NCBI GenBank assembly: GCA_051047955.1
Contig: JBPGPT010000007.1
Location: forward strand, 248,001 to 312,000
Direction of reading: 5' to 3'
DNA: 64,000 bases
Origin: Cystobasidiomycetes sp. EMM_F5
Lineage: Eukaryota
Shown: positions 11,785 to 25,311 of the stretch, one piece after another
How the letters are laid out: each line of letters opens with the position of its first letter
How positions within the stretch are numbered: position 1 is the first letter of the stretch
The notes under the pieces: generated by a model
The model's input: only the letters and a program-made list of their open reading frames with translations
Database searches by the model: none
What the model was told of the DNA's origin: nothing
Made by a program: the position numbers and the translations under genes

Positions 11785-13154
11785 GTAGTATATGCGGGTT
11801 CAGATGTAGATTGCCAGCACTGAATACTCTTTGTAAACAACTCCAAGATATCGTTGACCGACGGACGATGCTTTGAACGTATGTCTGACGTTTACCTGAA
11901 ACGGTCTGTGCGGGATGCAAGCACGAAAAGCGCAGAGATTAGCGGATACAGCTGTGTTGGGGGTTTTATCGTCAACGAGCTGACTCACTGATGCGGCCTC
12001 TCTTTCAGCTACACTCGGGAAGCGCTGCACTGCCACCGCTGGCAGATGCACGCTCGGTTATCTTGACAGCTCTCCGTTGACGACAGTCTTCGGGAGTAGG
12101 CGTCGCCAATGTTCTGACCACGCTGCAACGTCGTCGACCACTCTTGACAGCAGTTGCAACTGGAGCGGGACGCCGTCAACAGACTCGAGGACTTGTGCGC
12201 AGATGACAGTGGAACGGATCCCCCTCGCCTCTGCTACGACGGGGTCGTTTAAGTGTCGGGATCCAGCAGCAACAACAAAAGTCGTTGGGGTCTGCCCAGT
12301 CGGTTGCGAGTGTCCAAGGTCGTTGCCAGAATGCGGTGCTCGCGCTTTGCCAGAAACGGGAAACGGGATCAGACGACGAGCGCACAGTTTTGCGACTTCA
12401 TCGAAATCCGGTCAACGTTGCGAGACGGAGAGTCATGGTGGTCGTGAACCTTCGAATTGCGCTGCAACGGTGTACTTGGATCAGTCTATCAGCCATGTCT
12501 GCACCTTGTGCAGGCCTGTTCTGCCAGGAATGCTCGTTTGCACGTCAGCTCGTCAGTCTCTGGAATGCGGTCAATGCATCCATTCAATCAGCGACAGAAG
12601 CCGAGCTTCGAGCTTTAATCTTTCTCATTGTCATTGTTGCTGAGCCTCAATAGCGCAGTATCAGCTATTCCTTTGCCTGTCCAAGTAGTTTCCCTTTGAC
12701 GTCTTGACTTTCGAAGCAACAATGGCAGAACAGCCTTTCAGCCAGTCGGCAGCGCACGGGCCTCCCAGATCAAACATGTCCACGGTATTCCCGACCCAGT
12801 GCAGCTGTGGTCGTTGAGCATGGCTTGCTACTCGCTGAGACTGTCAGTCGGAGTAGGTCTGGGTGAGAGCGCGTCCGTGTCCAGCTCCTACGGACGGCCG
12901 GCTGATCAGGCTTGGCTTCGACAGAGAAGGGCAACCATTTGCAAACACCATCTATACAACGAAAAAGACACTGTGGTCAAGAAGGAAGCGACTCAACCCT
13001 CTACAAACAGAGGCTTTTTCACAGATGCTTGCATGACATCACAACATCACGGGATGAAGCACACGTGTGACCGAGGTGCTGGGGTACTTACGGCGAGCGC
13101 ATGGGTACCGGTTCGCCAACTTCTGATTCCGTCCACGAGCCCCGATACTCAATA

Positions 13155-14489
13155 CTACCACTCCATCTTTTCCCCTTTCCACACATTGTCACATGTAGGC
13201 CCTACTTCACAGGCCAATCCAGGAGACCTCCCTCAACGCTCACTTCGTTCTTTGAGCTTCTTGGCGGTTGCCTTAACAACTTGCACTTCCATGTACTCAA
13301 TTAATGCCTCGTGATAGTAATGCCATTCCTTTGCCTGCAAACGATGTCAGCGGTGGATTCGCGAGTATCGACAGTGGAGATCATCGACCTTGGCGAGAAT
13401 GGCTCCGATGTAGTTCTCCGAGGTCTGCTTCTGTTGCTTGGGCAAAGTCGCTCCTACAGACTCCATCATGTCCCCTAAATCCCGCCAGTTTGGTGGATCT
13501 CCAAAAGATTGGTGAATGGCCTTTTCGTCGGTAGTGTGAAAGTATTGGGGCGAGATTGCAGTCTGTCCTTTGCGGGTCGTCTTTGTCGGTGGTTGCGGCA
13601 GAGGGCACTCACGAGGAATTGACGGCTCGAATTCGTCTCCACCTGGCAGATGAGAGACGTCCATTCCTGCTAGGTGATAACAATGTATAGCAATGTGGTC
13701 AAAATACTCGTTGCCCGTCAAGCCTGTGTTGAAATGCCCGACCAGGAAGACTTTGGCTTCGGCAGAAAGCTTGTCGTCAGCCAGGATGGTCTCGGAATCA
13801 TAGATGATGAGGTCGCTGAAGGCCTGAAGAAAGAGAAACTTCTTAATCATAGCTCAGAATTGCATACAAGCGCGTGCGGGCTCACCTCCTTAGGCTCAGC
13901 TGGCGGCATAGGAGCTATCGGATGCGCAAGTCGTTCCTTCTTGACGGTGGGAATGAAAATGATGTCACTGTCGTCTTCTACGGGCTCTGCCTTAGCTTGA
14001 GCTATGGTGACTGGTACATCCTGAATGAAAGCGGGTCTCAGCCTGTCGGTTCTTTGTCTGTCCTTCGGGTGGTAATCAAGTCCGACGTTGGGGACTGACA
14101 CGTTGAGCGACAGTAGCAAACGTCCTTTGCCTAGATGGTCCAGCTTCCGTCGCAGTGTCCGGGATTTTCCGTTTCGCGTTGGTTACGGTCGCATCGGCGC
14201 TACTTAGCGGGGCGTCGCGTTGAATAGGTGCTGACTTTGCCTGACCAAGATAGAACGATATCAGAACACACATCTATCCGAAGACAACAAACTGGCAGCT
14301 CACTACCAGTCTTTCCAGCTTCAAGCTGTCCTCTTCCAGTTCTCTCAGTTTTGCGAGCATGCCGCCGCTCAAGACATCGTACACGTCCAGATCTGCTGCG
14401 TTTGTCAAGCTTCGACTAGCCGTACGGACAGCTGCTTTGGCTGCTGACAGGAGGCCAGAGAGAGTCTTTGAATCGTATTGCCTGTCCAT
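13155..14489 (-). CDS. Orphan hypothetical protein, multi-exon
   Basis: Consecutive minus-strand ORFs join via GT-AG introns (e.g. PKE|gtgagc...cag|AFSDLIIY and ILAK|...|AKEWHYYHEAL); no recognised domain; exact junctions are uncertain. Confidence 0.55.
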
Positions 14490-15364
14490 CGTTCACGAGT
14501 TGCAGTCTGAAGGCCTCGATAAGCTCAAGCCTGGACGGTTAGGGGATATCTGTTGGTCGATATTATGCGTGCCGAAGCAGAGTCAAGCCGTTATAACGGT
14601 CGCTGGAGGGCAGAAGTTATGCTAGTTTTAATATCAAGCCGCAGTGCTCCTCAGCTTGTTGATTGAAGTGAAGTTGCAGCGACCTGGACGTTCGTGTTTC
14701 AGGGGCTTGTCGGTGCCTGCCTGGTGCTCTTGCAAGATTGCGCAACTGCCTGCCTTCCATTCATTTGGCACATATATAGAGACTTACTGCGTGCCCCGAG
14801 AGCGTATACTCTGTGGTCTGCACTTTCGGCCAACATTCGAGCAAGAAGGCTTCTTTCATGCCCACGAAAAGCAAGCGGATCAGTGTAATTCAGTAGAGCC
14901 AATGACAAGGCCAGATGAATCGGTAGTCATTCAGCAGCTGCAGCTTTCACTTTCGCTTTCGTTCTTCCATGATGCAGAGCGGGATCCAGCGGAGAGCCAG
15001 CTGGGTCGTACATACCGTTTCCTTTGCTCGGATGGCCAGCCTGGGTCTGCCTGCAGATCAAATCAAGCTTCTCGACATGAGAACATGTCGCGGATAGGGC
15101 GATAACGTAAGCATACTGCAGCTGCGTTTCCTATCATCTGATCCGCAACATGCAATACGCGAAGCGTAACCGAAAAATTAAAGCGGGGACAACACTAGCA
15201 AGCCCTTTTATGATTTGCGCCCAATGAGGCTGTTTTGTACATTGCTCAATTTCTATGCGCACTTCATTAGAGTGTCCATTGTTTTCTTCGCTTTCAAACA
15301 TGCCTATTTCCAGGCTTTCCTACGTCGACCACTCCTGCCTTGGCGTTGTCCCACAACTCTTTTC

Positions 15365-16330
15365 TCAGGGTGCCCTCGTCGAAGCCAGTGTCGGAGTCAC
15401 AAACGTGATTGTGGTGGTTCGACTGACTGGGGAAGCTGATGCGATACTCGAGGATGTAGACCTGGTACTAGAACTAGAGGACGAGCTTGAGCTGGAACTC
15501 GAGCTGGAAGTGGTGGAAGTAGTTGACGACAGGCCAGACGAGGAACTAGCGACTTGAGAGTACAGGTTGAATAAGCCAACACTCCCATTGATGGCTGTGG
15601 ATATGGACACGGGAAAGACTGTAACGGGTTGACGTGATCCAGTGTATGTTGTCGTGTCAAAGAAGGAGATGGACCCGTTTGTCACTTCTTGCCCTTCTCG
15701 GCAGATGCCGATAGTGCCGTTGATTGCACAATCATTTTCGACTGTTGAGAAAGGAGTGAAGATGTCAGCAAACTACTTAAATGGGAGAGCGAGTCTACAT
15801 ACGGTGGACTACGACACCAGCGCTATTTACGGCGTATGCATCCTGGACCACCCGGGTGGAAGCGTATACGTCTTGCTCTGGACGCAGCAGTCAGAACGAA
15901 GATAAGCCTGTCAGTAAGGCTCATGCAGGATTGCTGAAGAATCCCCACCTCCGACGGTATAGGTTGCCGTTTTCGTACCGTTAAAGACGTAGGTGATTGT
16001 CTGAGTGTAGAACACGGCGAGGGTGGTATTTGACGCTCCTGGACTGAATGCGGCACCAGTGAATGGCAGATACTGCTTGACTGTGGGCGTGGAAGTGACT
16101 ATAGCTGTGGTCGGGATTGCTGGTTGCCACAAGCTGAGAACGGTTGCCCCGGATGCCAGAGTGCCCGAAGAGGAGGAAGAAGACGACGACGACGACGACG
16201 ACGAAGCGGAGCTGCTGCTACTTCTTGACGTCGTCGAAGAAGAGGTGACGGCCTGTCTCTTCTCGACTGGAGACCCGACTGCCGCAGCAATTGCCGTAAA
16301 AGCGAGGACCAGGCAGTGTCCGCACTTCAT
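15365..16330 (-). CDS. Secreted Ser/Thr-rich protein with signal peptide and KR site
   Basis: MKCGHCLVLAFTAIAAAVGSPVEKR signal/propeptide, two poly-Ser tracts, and a central region with a Cys pair (NDCAINGTIGICREG); spliced. Confidence 0.75.
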
Positions 16331-17416
16331 GCTGGAGCGAAGGGGACCAAGGGAGAAAGAAGACCAGAATTGCTGCTCAGAGTGCAGCCAGTTGCCAGAC
16401 TGCAGACCTATCAACCTGCACTCAACCTGTGGGCTTCGTCTTAAAAAGCTCTCGGCATCCCGGGCTCGACTTTGCAATTGCTTCCCGAAGTGACCCATGG
16501 CTCGAACGTTGCCCGGTCTTTCGGAGAAGCTCCAACAATTTTACGATATATATGAGGTAGTCTACACTGCCGTCATGGCTTGCTGAGACCCATGCTCTCC
16601 CTATAAAGCACCTCGGCTTTCTTCTCGCCACTTGCACTTTACGCGTGCCTTGGAAATGGATTGCAAATGCAAGCAGCTTTTATGGAATACAGCGCGGTGT
16701 ATGTGGATGTGCGAGCAGATGGACGCACTTCCGTCCAAGATATCGTGCATTCTATCACTTGGCTCGTACGCTTCCTGTCTCGGAGCTCCAACGGCTCGAG
16801 AATGGGCAGGCTGGCAATCACTCATAAACCAGCCATCTCAAAACATAAACATGGAGCCATGTTTGGGGCTGAACATGACAACAGCAACATGAGAGAGGCG
16901 GGGCAGGACTGAGGGAAGTGGAAGTGAGAGGCAGTATCTTATGGCTGCTCTTGAGCCTGCGACCAGAAAACGGGAATTGCGTTCACCATCCAGGACACCG
17001 TCTGCAATGACATCCAAGGACTGGGCAAGCAACTTTTGGATAACTCTAGTAGATGAGAACGGAGAGAGTGGGTAGCGTCCTCGCTTTGTCGGTATGGTGC
17101 TTGGCCTGATGTACCCCGTTTACTTTCGATAAACAACAGGCTTCTACGCAAATCCAGCAACAGGCGAACGTGAGCAGAAGAGATGACATAATCATTTCCA
17201 TGATGCTCACAAGTCACTGTTAATCTACAGGACGATGGGAACTCGAGCCTGGTAGATTGGTACTGCCGGCCTCTGCAGACGGCCAATGGTACGAGGTATG
17301 GAGTGACGAGCACAATCTGCCATACTACTTTCATACAAAGACGCAAGAGACGCGGTGGTATCGTCCTGAAGGGTTTATAGTGCCCCTCAAGGCTGTTCAG
17401 GCAGGTCCCACATGCC

Positions 17417-20371
17417 ATGTCGCATATTGAGAACAAGGCTTATCAGTCATTTATTCGTACTTACAGCGCTTCTCTGCTGGCAAGCGTTTCTCACTGTCGC
17501 TAGACTCTGGACGGCCCGTAACTCCCATCGAACCCGAGTCTGCACCCAGCGATGAAGATATCCAAGCTTCTGCCGTAGAGGACAGCAGAGATCAAGACAA
17601 ACCGCTACCAGGACTGCCTGCATCGGACAGCTTTGAGCTACTCGCACGTAGCTTGGACAATAGTGGCTTGTCCGACAGAGACGCAGTCGATGCTGCTCTT
17701 CTGCAATGCATGGAATTGCACCTCTCGATACCCGCCTCGGCCAAAAAGCGCAAGAAGCCATCTTCCCCCATACGCCGGAATGATGCAGATCGTCTGCCCA
17801 GCGAATCTTCCTTCTATACTGCCATTGACACGTCTAGCAAGATGCATTCTCCGACACACTCGTCAGCAAAAGTGGGCAAACAGGGTGTTCGGGCATCCTT
17901 CTCTTCTGGAGTCATGCTAGCCAGGCTTTCTGACAGTAGCGATGAGTACATTCCACAATCTGCCACGACTACAGACTCGTCAATGCAGCCATCTTCTCCA
18001 GCTTCACAATGGGCTGACGATTGGCATACCATCGCTGTACCGGGACTGGCAGAGCCATTCGTCCAGGATCTACCTTCTCCAACTCTGTCACACCGCCGAC
18101 GTTCAAAGCCTTTGTCCGGTCTATGTGGTTCAGACGAAGCTTTTGCTTCTAGCCCGAATCTCGCCGGTATCGCTTATCAGGAACCGCTATCCCCTAGATC
18201 GACGACAACGCCTCATCGTGCCAAGTTGACCAAGACACCACCCTCAAAGTCGCCAAAGACAAAGACTCATTCTCCCATTGGTCGTATTCTGGCATTCGCG
18301 AACCCTCATTCGAATGCAGCCAAGAAACGCAATATAGGATTTCCTATCCAACAGGATCCTGGTCATCAACAGTCTTTACCGTCTTCTCCGGTTGTCGGAT
18401 CGCCAAAGTTAGGCAGTATGCCACGAAGACGTGTCGCGTCGTATGGAACATCTCGATACGCCCGTGATGTCACCGCAGCGACCGATGCGTCCGAAGATCA
18501 TACGCTTGATCATTATGCACAGCAGCATTTCGCGACGAGACCACGTTCGAAATTTCTAGTCATGGCTGGAATGACGCAACATCCTCTTCGTTGGCAATTT
18601 GTAAGTCACCTACACCCCTACCATCAACTTGATGACACTGATGGGCAAGCTGTACAGGAGGATCTGAATGACCCGATTTTAACCATCCCCAAGCAGCTGC
18701 GATGGGATGCATTACAATGTTTCACGCACATCCAGCACATTATGGGCGACAAGCGACGGGATGCCAGTGCTCTGCGACTATCATCCGAGACCATCTCCGC
18801 CCCTTCAGCTTGGGATACCACCACAATCGAAGAAGCACGAAAACTCCTGGCCATTGGACTGGGTCTGCCGGAGTTGCGCGACGAAGTCTACATTCAACTC
18901 ATGTGTCAAGTCACCGACAATCCGTCTGTCATTTCGGCATACAGAGGCTGGCAGCTCTTGCAAGTTCTGCTTATTACCGTTCCTCCTTCCCCGCTTCTTG
19001 AACCTGTCTTGCGGCAGTTCCTGATTGGCAAACTGGCACATTCGTCAAAGAGTCGCCTTGGTATTATTGCAAGATTTGCACTTACGAAGTTGAATGCCAT
19101 CATTGCAAAAGGCCCGAGAGGCAAAGTTCCAGGCGCCTTCGAGGTAGCTGCTAGCTCCGAAGCGGCGTTCCAACCGACCGTCTTTGGCGAAACACTGCAG
19201 CGTATCATGTCGCTTCAAGCTACAGCGTACCCGGATGTCAAAGTGCCAATCATTTTGCCGTTCCTAGCGGATGTGCGTCATTGTCTCATCAATGTGTAAG
19301 CCACATGGCAAGACTGACTCTACCCTTCTTTTAAGGGCATAATCGCACTCGGCGGTCTGAAGAAGTTTGGCCTCTTCAGGCATGCTGCCGACAGCGAGCG
19401 TGTCAATGAATTGCGACTCACCATTGATCAGGGAAAGTATAGCTTCATAGGATTTGAAGACGCACATGTTGCAGCTTCGCTCTTCAAGCTTTGGCTGCGC
19501 GAGCTCGCTACGCCCCTCATACCGCCTGAATTTTATGATGACTGTTTGGCAGCTGGGAATGATAGTGCAACGTGAGTGTTTCAACTTGTTGCACCAGCTG
19601 GCTGTGGTATCTGACTCGTCGTCTGTGTAGGGCAATCACCATCGTTCAATCACTGCCAACACTCAATCGGCGGATCGTTTCCTTCATCATCAGCTTGTAG
19701 GCGGCCTCATTTCTAAACACAATTGAATGCCGCGAGCAGCTGACCTGTCACTTAGCGTCCAACTGTTCCTTCAGAAAGAAGTTTCTCTTCAGACAATGGT
19801 CAGCTCTGAATCGCTAGCCATGATCTTCGCCCCGAGCATCCTCCGATGTCCAGCACTAAGTGAAGGACCCGCATATGAGGTGATTGTCAACAATACGCGG
19901 CGCGAACAGCAATTTGTGCATTGCTTGCTGCACCATCTGGAAGTGCGGCAGCTGAATGATGACGAAGACTGGGTGCCTACTCATGGCAAGAGCCTGAGTG
20001 CCTCTACAGCATCCTCGTCGACGTTCTCTGACCCGTCGCGAAGCAGTCTATCTGACTCTGTCGGATCAGGTGGGACTGCGGATACATCTGGAGCTGCTAT
20101 CGTTGAGCAAGAGGAGAAGCGGTCCTCTTCGGAATCATCTTTGTCCTCGCAGACGGTGTCTGTTCGCTCGGCGACGACCTCGCCGCAGAAAGATGGCCCG
20201 GCGGCTATGTCAGCAGGCAACAGCACTTGTGCTGAAACTTTTCCAACGTCGCCGGTGTCCTCCCACTCCGACCGGGACCCTACGTTGATGGATACGTCGG
20301 GTGATTTCTTGGAGGGTGATGTGCCTACGCTCCTCACAAATCCCAAGATTGTCATTATCGAGGTGGATTAA
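17417..20371 (+). CDS. MyTH4 + RhoGAP domain protein (ARHGAP39-like architecture)
   Basis: MyTH4 motif ELRDEVYIQLMCQVTDNPS...RGWQLL; RhoGAP motifs VFGETL, VPIIL, GLFR (arginine finger), ASLFKLWLRELATPLIP and LAMIFAPSILR; first exon MSHIENKAYQSFI splices in frame. Confidence 0.88.
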
Positions 20372-20942
20372 AGTATGTTCTCCGCATATTCGCACTTTCT
20401 GTTTCACCTCGTTCACGACGGACATTATGCTCACGAGTAAATCACGAACCAACGTTGTTATCCTACCATGCATGTCATCAAGACTATGCCTTCTTAGCTT
20501 TATGCTTGAGTTGTTTGATTTTGCGTCACCGTCGGCGTGCCTGACACGCGCAAAGCTGGGGAAGGATATTCAACAGACCATTGCAATACAGCAACAAAGA
20601 GGAGGAAGTCTGTTGAAGATGATCATTTATCGTGAGGCGTACTGAGTCACGTCTCTGTCTGTCTTTCTCGAGCTGCAGCATGCATTGTGTGAATGCCTTC
20701 AATCTGATCATGAATCAATCCCCGTCAACATGTTTGAATATATGTTAGTTAACCGTTGCGCCTCGTGTCATTCTGACAAACGTGGCCAGCTTGTCTGACC
20801 GTTGCAACGGCTTGTCGTCTGTCACTTGCCACCCATTTGCGCAATCATCCGGTCATCTCGTTGGCAAACTCCGAGAATTCAGGCGTGAACTCAGGGTTGC
20901 GACAGAACACACCGCGACAGAACCTCTGAGCACAGCGCAGCC

Positions 20943-22455
20943 ATGTCGGCTCAAATAGCAGAGCAGACTACAGACAGCCCGCAGTCGCTCTCGACGAGCA
21001 CTTCGAGCAGCTCCAGCCGCGACAGCAACAGCACCACAAACTCGGTCCCTCGACTAAACAAGCGCAAACTTGCGTGGATACCCGACGCTCCATCCGACTT
21101 GGGCTATGCAGACGCACAAGAGGAGCAGCGAGCTCGCTTGCCCAGATACCTGCACATTTCCCTGTACGCTTCTGATGTTGCGCTGCTGCCTACCCCTTCT
21201 TTCGTTGCGAGTCGATCTCAGCCGAAAGCAGCAACACATTCGTTTCGATGGACTAGCACGCCAGTCGACGTTGGCAGTGTCGCGGCACTCTCAGCTTCCG
21301 ACCTTCTCGCTGGAATCCCTCTCCAAAATACTCGCTGCCTCAGTGGAAGTCGCTTAGCGTTGGCAAGAATAGCAAGAGGTCGCGTCACTGCCGCTGCAGC
21401 TTTGTCTTCAGCAGCCAACAGTCAGCAAATGCCACCAGAATCTCCTTCTTCCTGGGTTCCGCATCCTGTGGCTCTTCCTGCCAGGGGTACAGGCAGCAGA
21501 GGCGGTAGAGGGCGTGGAAGGGGAAGGGGACGTGTTGACCACACTCGGGAATACCATTCAGCTGCGCAGGCTGGCACGTCAACGTTACCTCGAGCACCTG
21601 GTCTGGCCCGAACGTCAAGTGCTACTTCTCTAGCCAATAAGCGCACTGCTCTGCAAAGGCAAGATAGTGCTGAAACGCTTGGCCTGCCCAGCCCCACGAA
21701 ACGGAATGGCCGCGCCGTGTCACCTAGACCCGGTATACCTGTAGCACCACTTCCGCCCTCCCTGACTGTGAACGGCCCGTCGTCTCCTGGAGAAGACGAT
21801 AGTCCAGATGACGATACGTACGTACCAGGCAAACCTCGGCTCAAACCTTCAGCTCATTCGCCTCCGGCATCTGGACCTTCCAGAGGACATGGCGTGAACC
21901 GCAGAGGTAGAGGTGGACGAGCTGTGTCTCACGCTTCTGGCTTGATGCCCGTGCCTGGGGCAACAGCGTCCGGAGCGGTCAGTGGAAGCGAGTATGATTC
22001 CGATGCGTCTGCGGCATCTGTGCGATCAACGCCTGGAAAGCGAGCTAGAGGATCTCGCAAACGCAAGGTGTCCAACGATACGAGTCGCATTGCGAGCGAT
22101 GCATCTAATGACCCGGCGGCCGATGTCGATGCTGCCGGAACTGAGGGAGATGAGGGTTCCGATGCGCCTCTTCTGAAGAGGATGAAATCTTTACCTGCTC
22201 TATCAGTAGCGGCAAGGAATCTCAAAACTACCGCGCCGAAGTTGCATAGCCCTTTGAGCAATTCTTTCACTGGTCCGCTATCCGCGACCAGGATACCGTC
22301 CGTCCTCGGCAGCGAGTCTTCCCTCGTAGCGAGTCCAATCAACACTGTCCATCAGACAACGACGTAAGTCTGTCTGTGCAAAGCTGTCAATGCGCACGCA
22401 AGTGCTGAATGTTTTTGTCGTCAGCTTGCCACAGGATGTGTCTGCTCGGTCTTAG
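20943..22455 (+). CDS. Hypothetical low-complexity protein (RG-rich, basic clusters)
   Basis: 474-codon ORF plus a short final exon after the gtaagt donor near 22363; RGGRGRGRG tracts and KRARGSRKRK basic patch. Confidence 0.7.
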
Positions 22456-22755
22456 ATGATATATGATCTCTATTTAGAGCGACGTATGCTGCACCAGTCT
22501 CTTCTGTACTTTGCCTCTGCTGTGACTAAGGAGATGTTCACTCGCTGTATAGCTAAATAGAGCATGATTTGTTGCGTCACTAATATTAAAAGATTGACCA
22601 GTAGGGAGATCTTGCATGGACGCTGATTCACGCGGGTGCGCCGCGTCGTTCAGTCTCAACCTATGTTGAATCTTTGGTGTATATGTGGCAGAGACACCTA
22701 AAGACTTGTGGACATTCGTGGCCGTTTGTTTCAGCCGTTGCTGCACTCGAGATTC

Positions 22756-23525
22756 CTACCAGAAATCAGCTTGCACTGCTGAGTTGGATTGCCCCAATGG
22801 TTGCCACTTCGTGCCTGTAGTGTATATTCCGCCAGCCTACACAAGCTCGAGTCAGTCATATGACATCGGCTGTATACCGTTTTCTCGTCTCACCCAGAGT
22901 ATAATGTCCCCAAAATTCCAAACGCAGACGAGACCCATGAATAATCCGAAGTAAACAAGGAAGTTGATTATCAGGAGGCCTTCGAGCATTTCATGATCGG
23001 CCTGGTTTTTGAAAAACCCCGAGTATACTGCTATTACGAGTACGATGAATGTTAAAAGAAATGTGTTGAGAACGAGTTTCGGGACTGCCAGCTGGTAATT
23101 TTGTCTGGAACGTACGTCCGCAAGGCTCGTGAGCCAACACCTGTCTGGTCTAGCTCAGATCAATGGAACGACGTACGCGTAGAATTGATCCGCTGCGACT
23201 ATCCATCCAAATAGGCTAGCCATAAAGACGTTGATCTGGTGCCTTTGATTTTCGCAGGATTGCTCCGTAGCGAAATCCCTCCTGCGAAAAACTGATATTC
23301 CAGTCAGCTTTATCCGATAGCTGTCTCAGGGCTCGGAAGCCACTGCACCATACCGAGTGCTTCATACAATGTCGCATTACCTTCATCGCCTGTCTGTTTG
23401 GCGATAGCCATTGCCATTGTCAAAGGAATGAAGCCAATCAAGAGGAAGAATGCTAGCATTCTCCTGAACTTTATGAACGACATCCAGATCGGGCGGAACA
23501 TAGGTTGGGTAGAACTGCGTTTCAT
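22756..23525 (-). CDS. TM2-domain membrane protein, array copy A (frameshifted last exon)
   Basis: QINVFMASLFGWIVAADQFYA|QNYQLAVPKL...WNFGDIILW; same three introns as copy B; +1 nt near 22809 shifts the conserved C-terminus. The start codon is uncertain. Confidence 0.7.
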
Positions 23526-24027
23526 CGATGTTTCTGCTTTGTAGTTCGATCTCCCCGCTGACTGGTCAGTGAGCGAGACAGGCGTGGAGATAGAGGGGTG
23601 TATGTGATGGAGAGAAGGTAGCAAAGAGCCTCTAGCAGGACATTCACATCTACTGCGCCACAGACGAACTATCCGTATCGCAGCGAGCTTGTCTCGTAGC
23701 AAGCAGGAGGGTGTGCGTGGCTCGCACTGCATGACGGTCCCACCGACTTTCTGGACGCCTTTTTTGTGGTAGCCGTCGAACGCTGGATCAGGGGGATTGA
23801 CACTATAAACAGGTCAGTCATTCTTGTTAGCACGCTCGGCGCGAGTCAGATTCAGTAAAAGATAGGTTTTAGTTGAGGGAAACACTATCCTTGACAAGCC
23901 GACTAGTCCTCGCAACAACAGCAGGGCCTTCCTTTGCCTGAGCCCCTGCAGCCAGCTTTATCTCGTCTGATCTGGTTAAATGCTGCAGAGGCCTTCTACT
24001 CGGCGATATCTGCGGCAACTTGCAAAC

Positions 24028-24880
24028 TCAGGATTCCGACCAAGGAATCAGCTTGCACTGTTGTCCCGGATTGCCCCAATGATTTCCATTGGTACCGGTA
24101 GTATAGACGCCAACAGCCTGCAGATACGTCCTTCAGTATTCACTCCCCGACTACGATGATCTTATTCGCTCGTACCCAAAGTATAACGTCGATGAGATTC
24201 CAAGTGAAGGCTAGGCTCAGTAAGATGCCACAGCAGAATGTGGAGCAGAAGAGTCCAACTATTGCAAGAACATCATCATCATCATCGTCCCTTTCGAATA
24301 CGCCAATGTACGAAAGTATGGACAGGATGATTGACGGCAAGGGTATGAGGTTGATGAGCAGCTTTGGGATCGCCAACTGGTAATTCTGTCTGTACCCTCG
24401 GAATTTGCAAAACACGATGGGATGATCAATGTCCCGCTTTGCCCTATTCTGCGAGAGTTCACTCACGCATAGAATTGATCCGCAGCAAACATCCATCCAA
24501 ATAGACTAGCGAAGAAGACGTTGATTTGGCGCCTTCGGTTCTCGCAAGGCTGTCCCTGAGGTAAATCCCGTTTTCGAAGGTCTGATGTGTTACACAAAGT
24601 CAATTTGCAGTCTCCATTAGCACAGGAGGGTTTTGCACGTACCGAACGATTCATAAAACGAACCATCGTCGTTCTCGCCCGTCTGTTTACCTATTGCTAC
24701 CATCATCGAGACGAAACCAATCAGGAAGATGAAGACCAACATCCACATAAACATCATGTGCGACATCCAGCGCGGGCGAATCCTGCGGCGAACGAAGCTA
24801 TCTTTCGTAGCCGCTTCTGCATCGTCATCGGCCTGCACGGCCGACCTGTCCTCGAGTGAAACAGTCGTCATGTGAGGCAT
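24028..24880 (-). CDS. TM2-domain membrane protein, array copy B (apparently intact)
   Basis: QINVFFASLFGWMFAADQFYA|QNYQLAIPKLL...WNLIDVILW|AVGVYTTGTNGNHWGNPGQQCKLIPW; open after splicing three introns. Confidence 0.78.
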
Positions 24881-25311
24881 GCGAGCTGAAAGTGCGCAAC
24901 GACCGGCTGCGTCGGCGCTCATTGCGTGTGAGGTAATTTGCGACGAGAGCTGACGTGAAGCTGTGTGATGGTAATAGCTGGGACGTAGCAATATGTTACA
25001 GCTAGATTGAAGCGGTCGGTAAGAGCTAGTCGTCAAAGCTGGTCTTCCAGCTATGTTGAGATGATGCACACGGTGGCGACACAGCCTTGATGGTTTCGCG
25101 GCAGGCCGTTCGACGTTGTACGGAGACGTGTCCATGAGAGTGAAGCGGCTGTCGCACACATGTTCAGACCATATGTCGAACGGTAGAATGATCATGCACA
25201 TCAGCGCTCGGAGCGAATTCGCTTTGGTAAATGTCAGCTGTAGATAGACATCGTCAAAGTTGGTTCGCAAACTTCTCTAATTCAAAACAGGCGGCTCTTG
25301 CAATACATACG

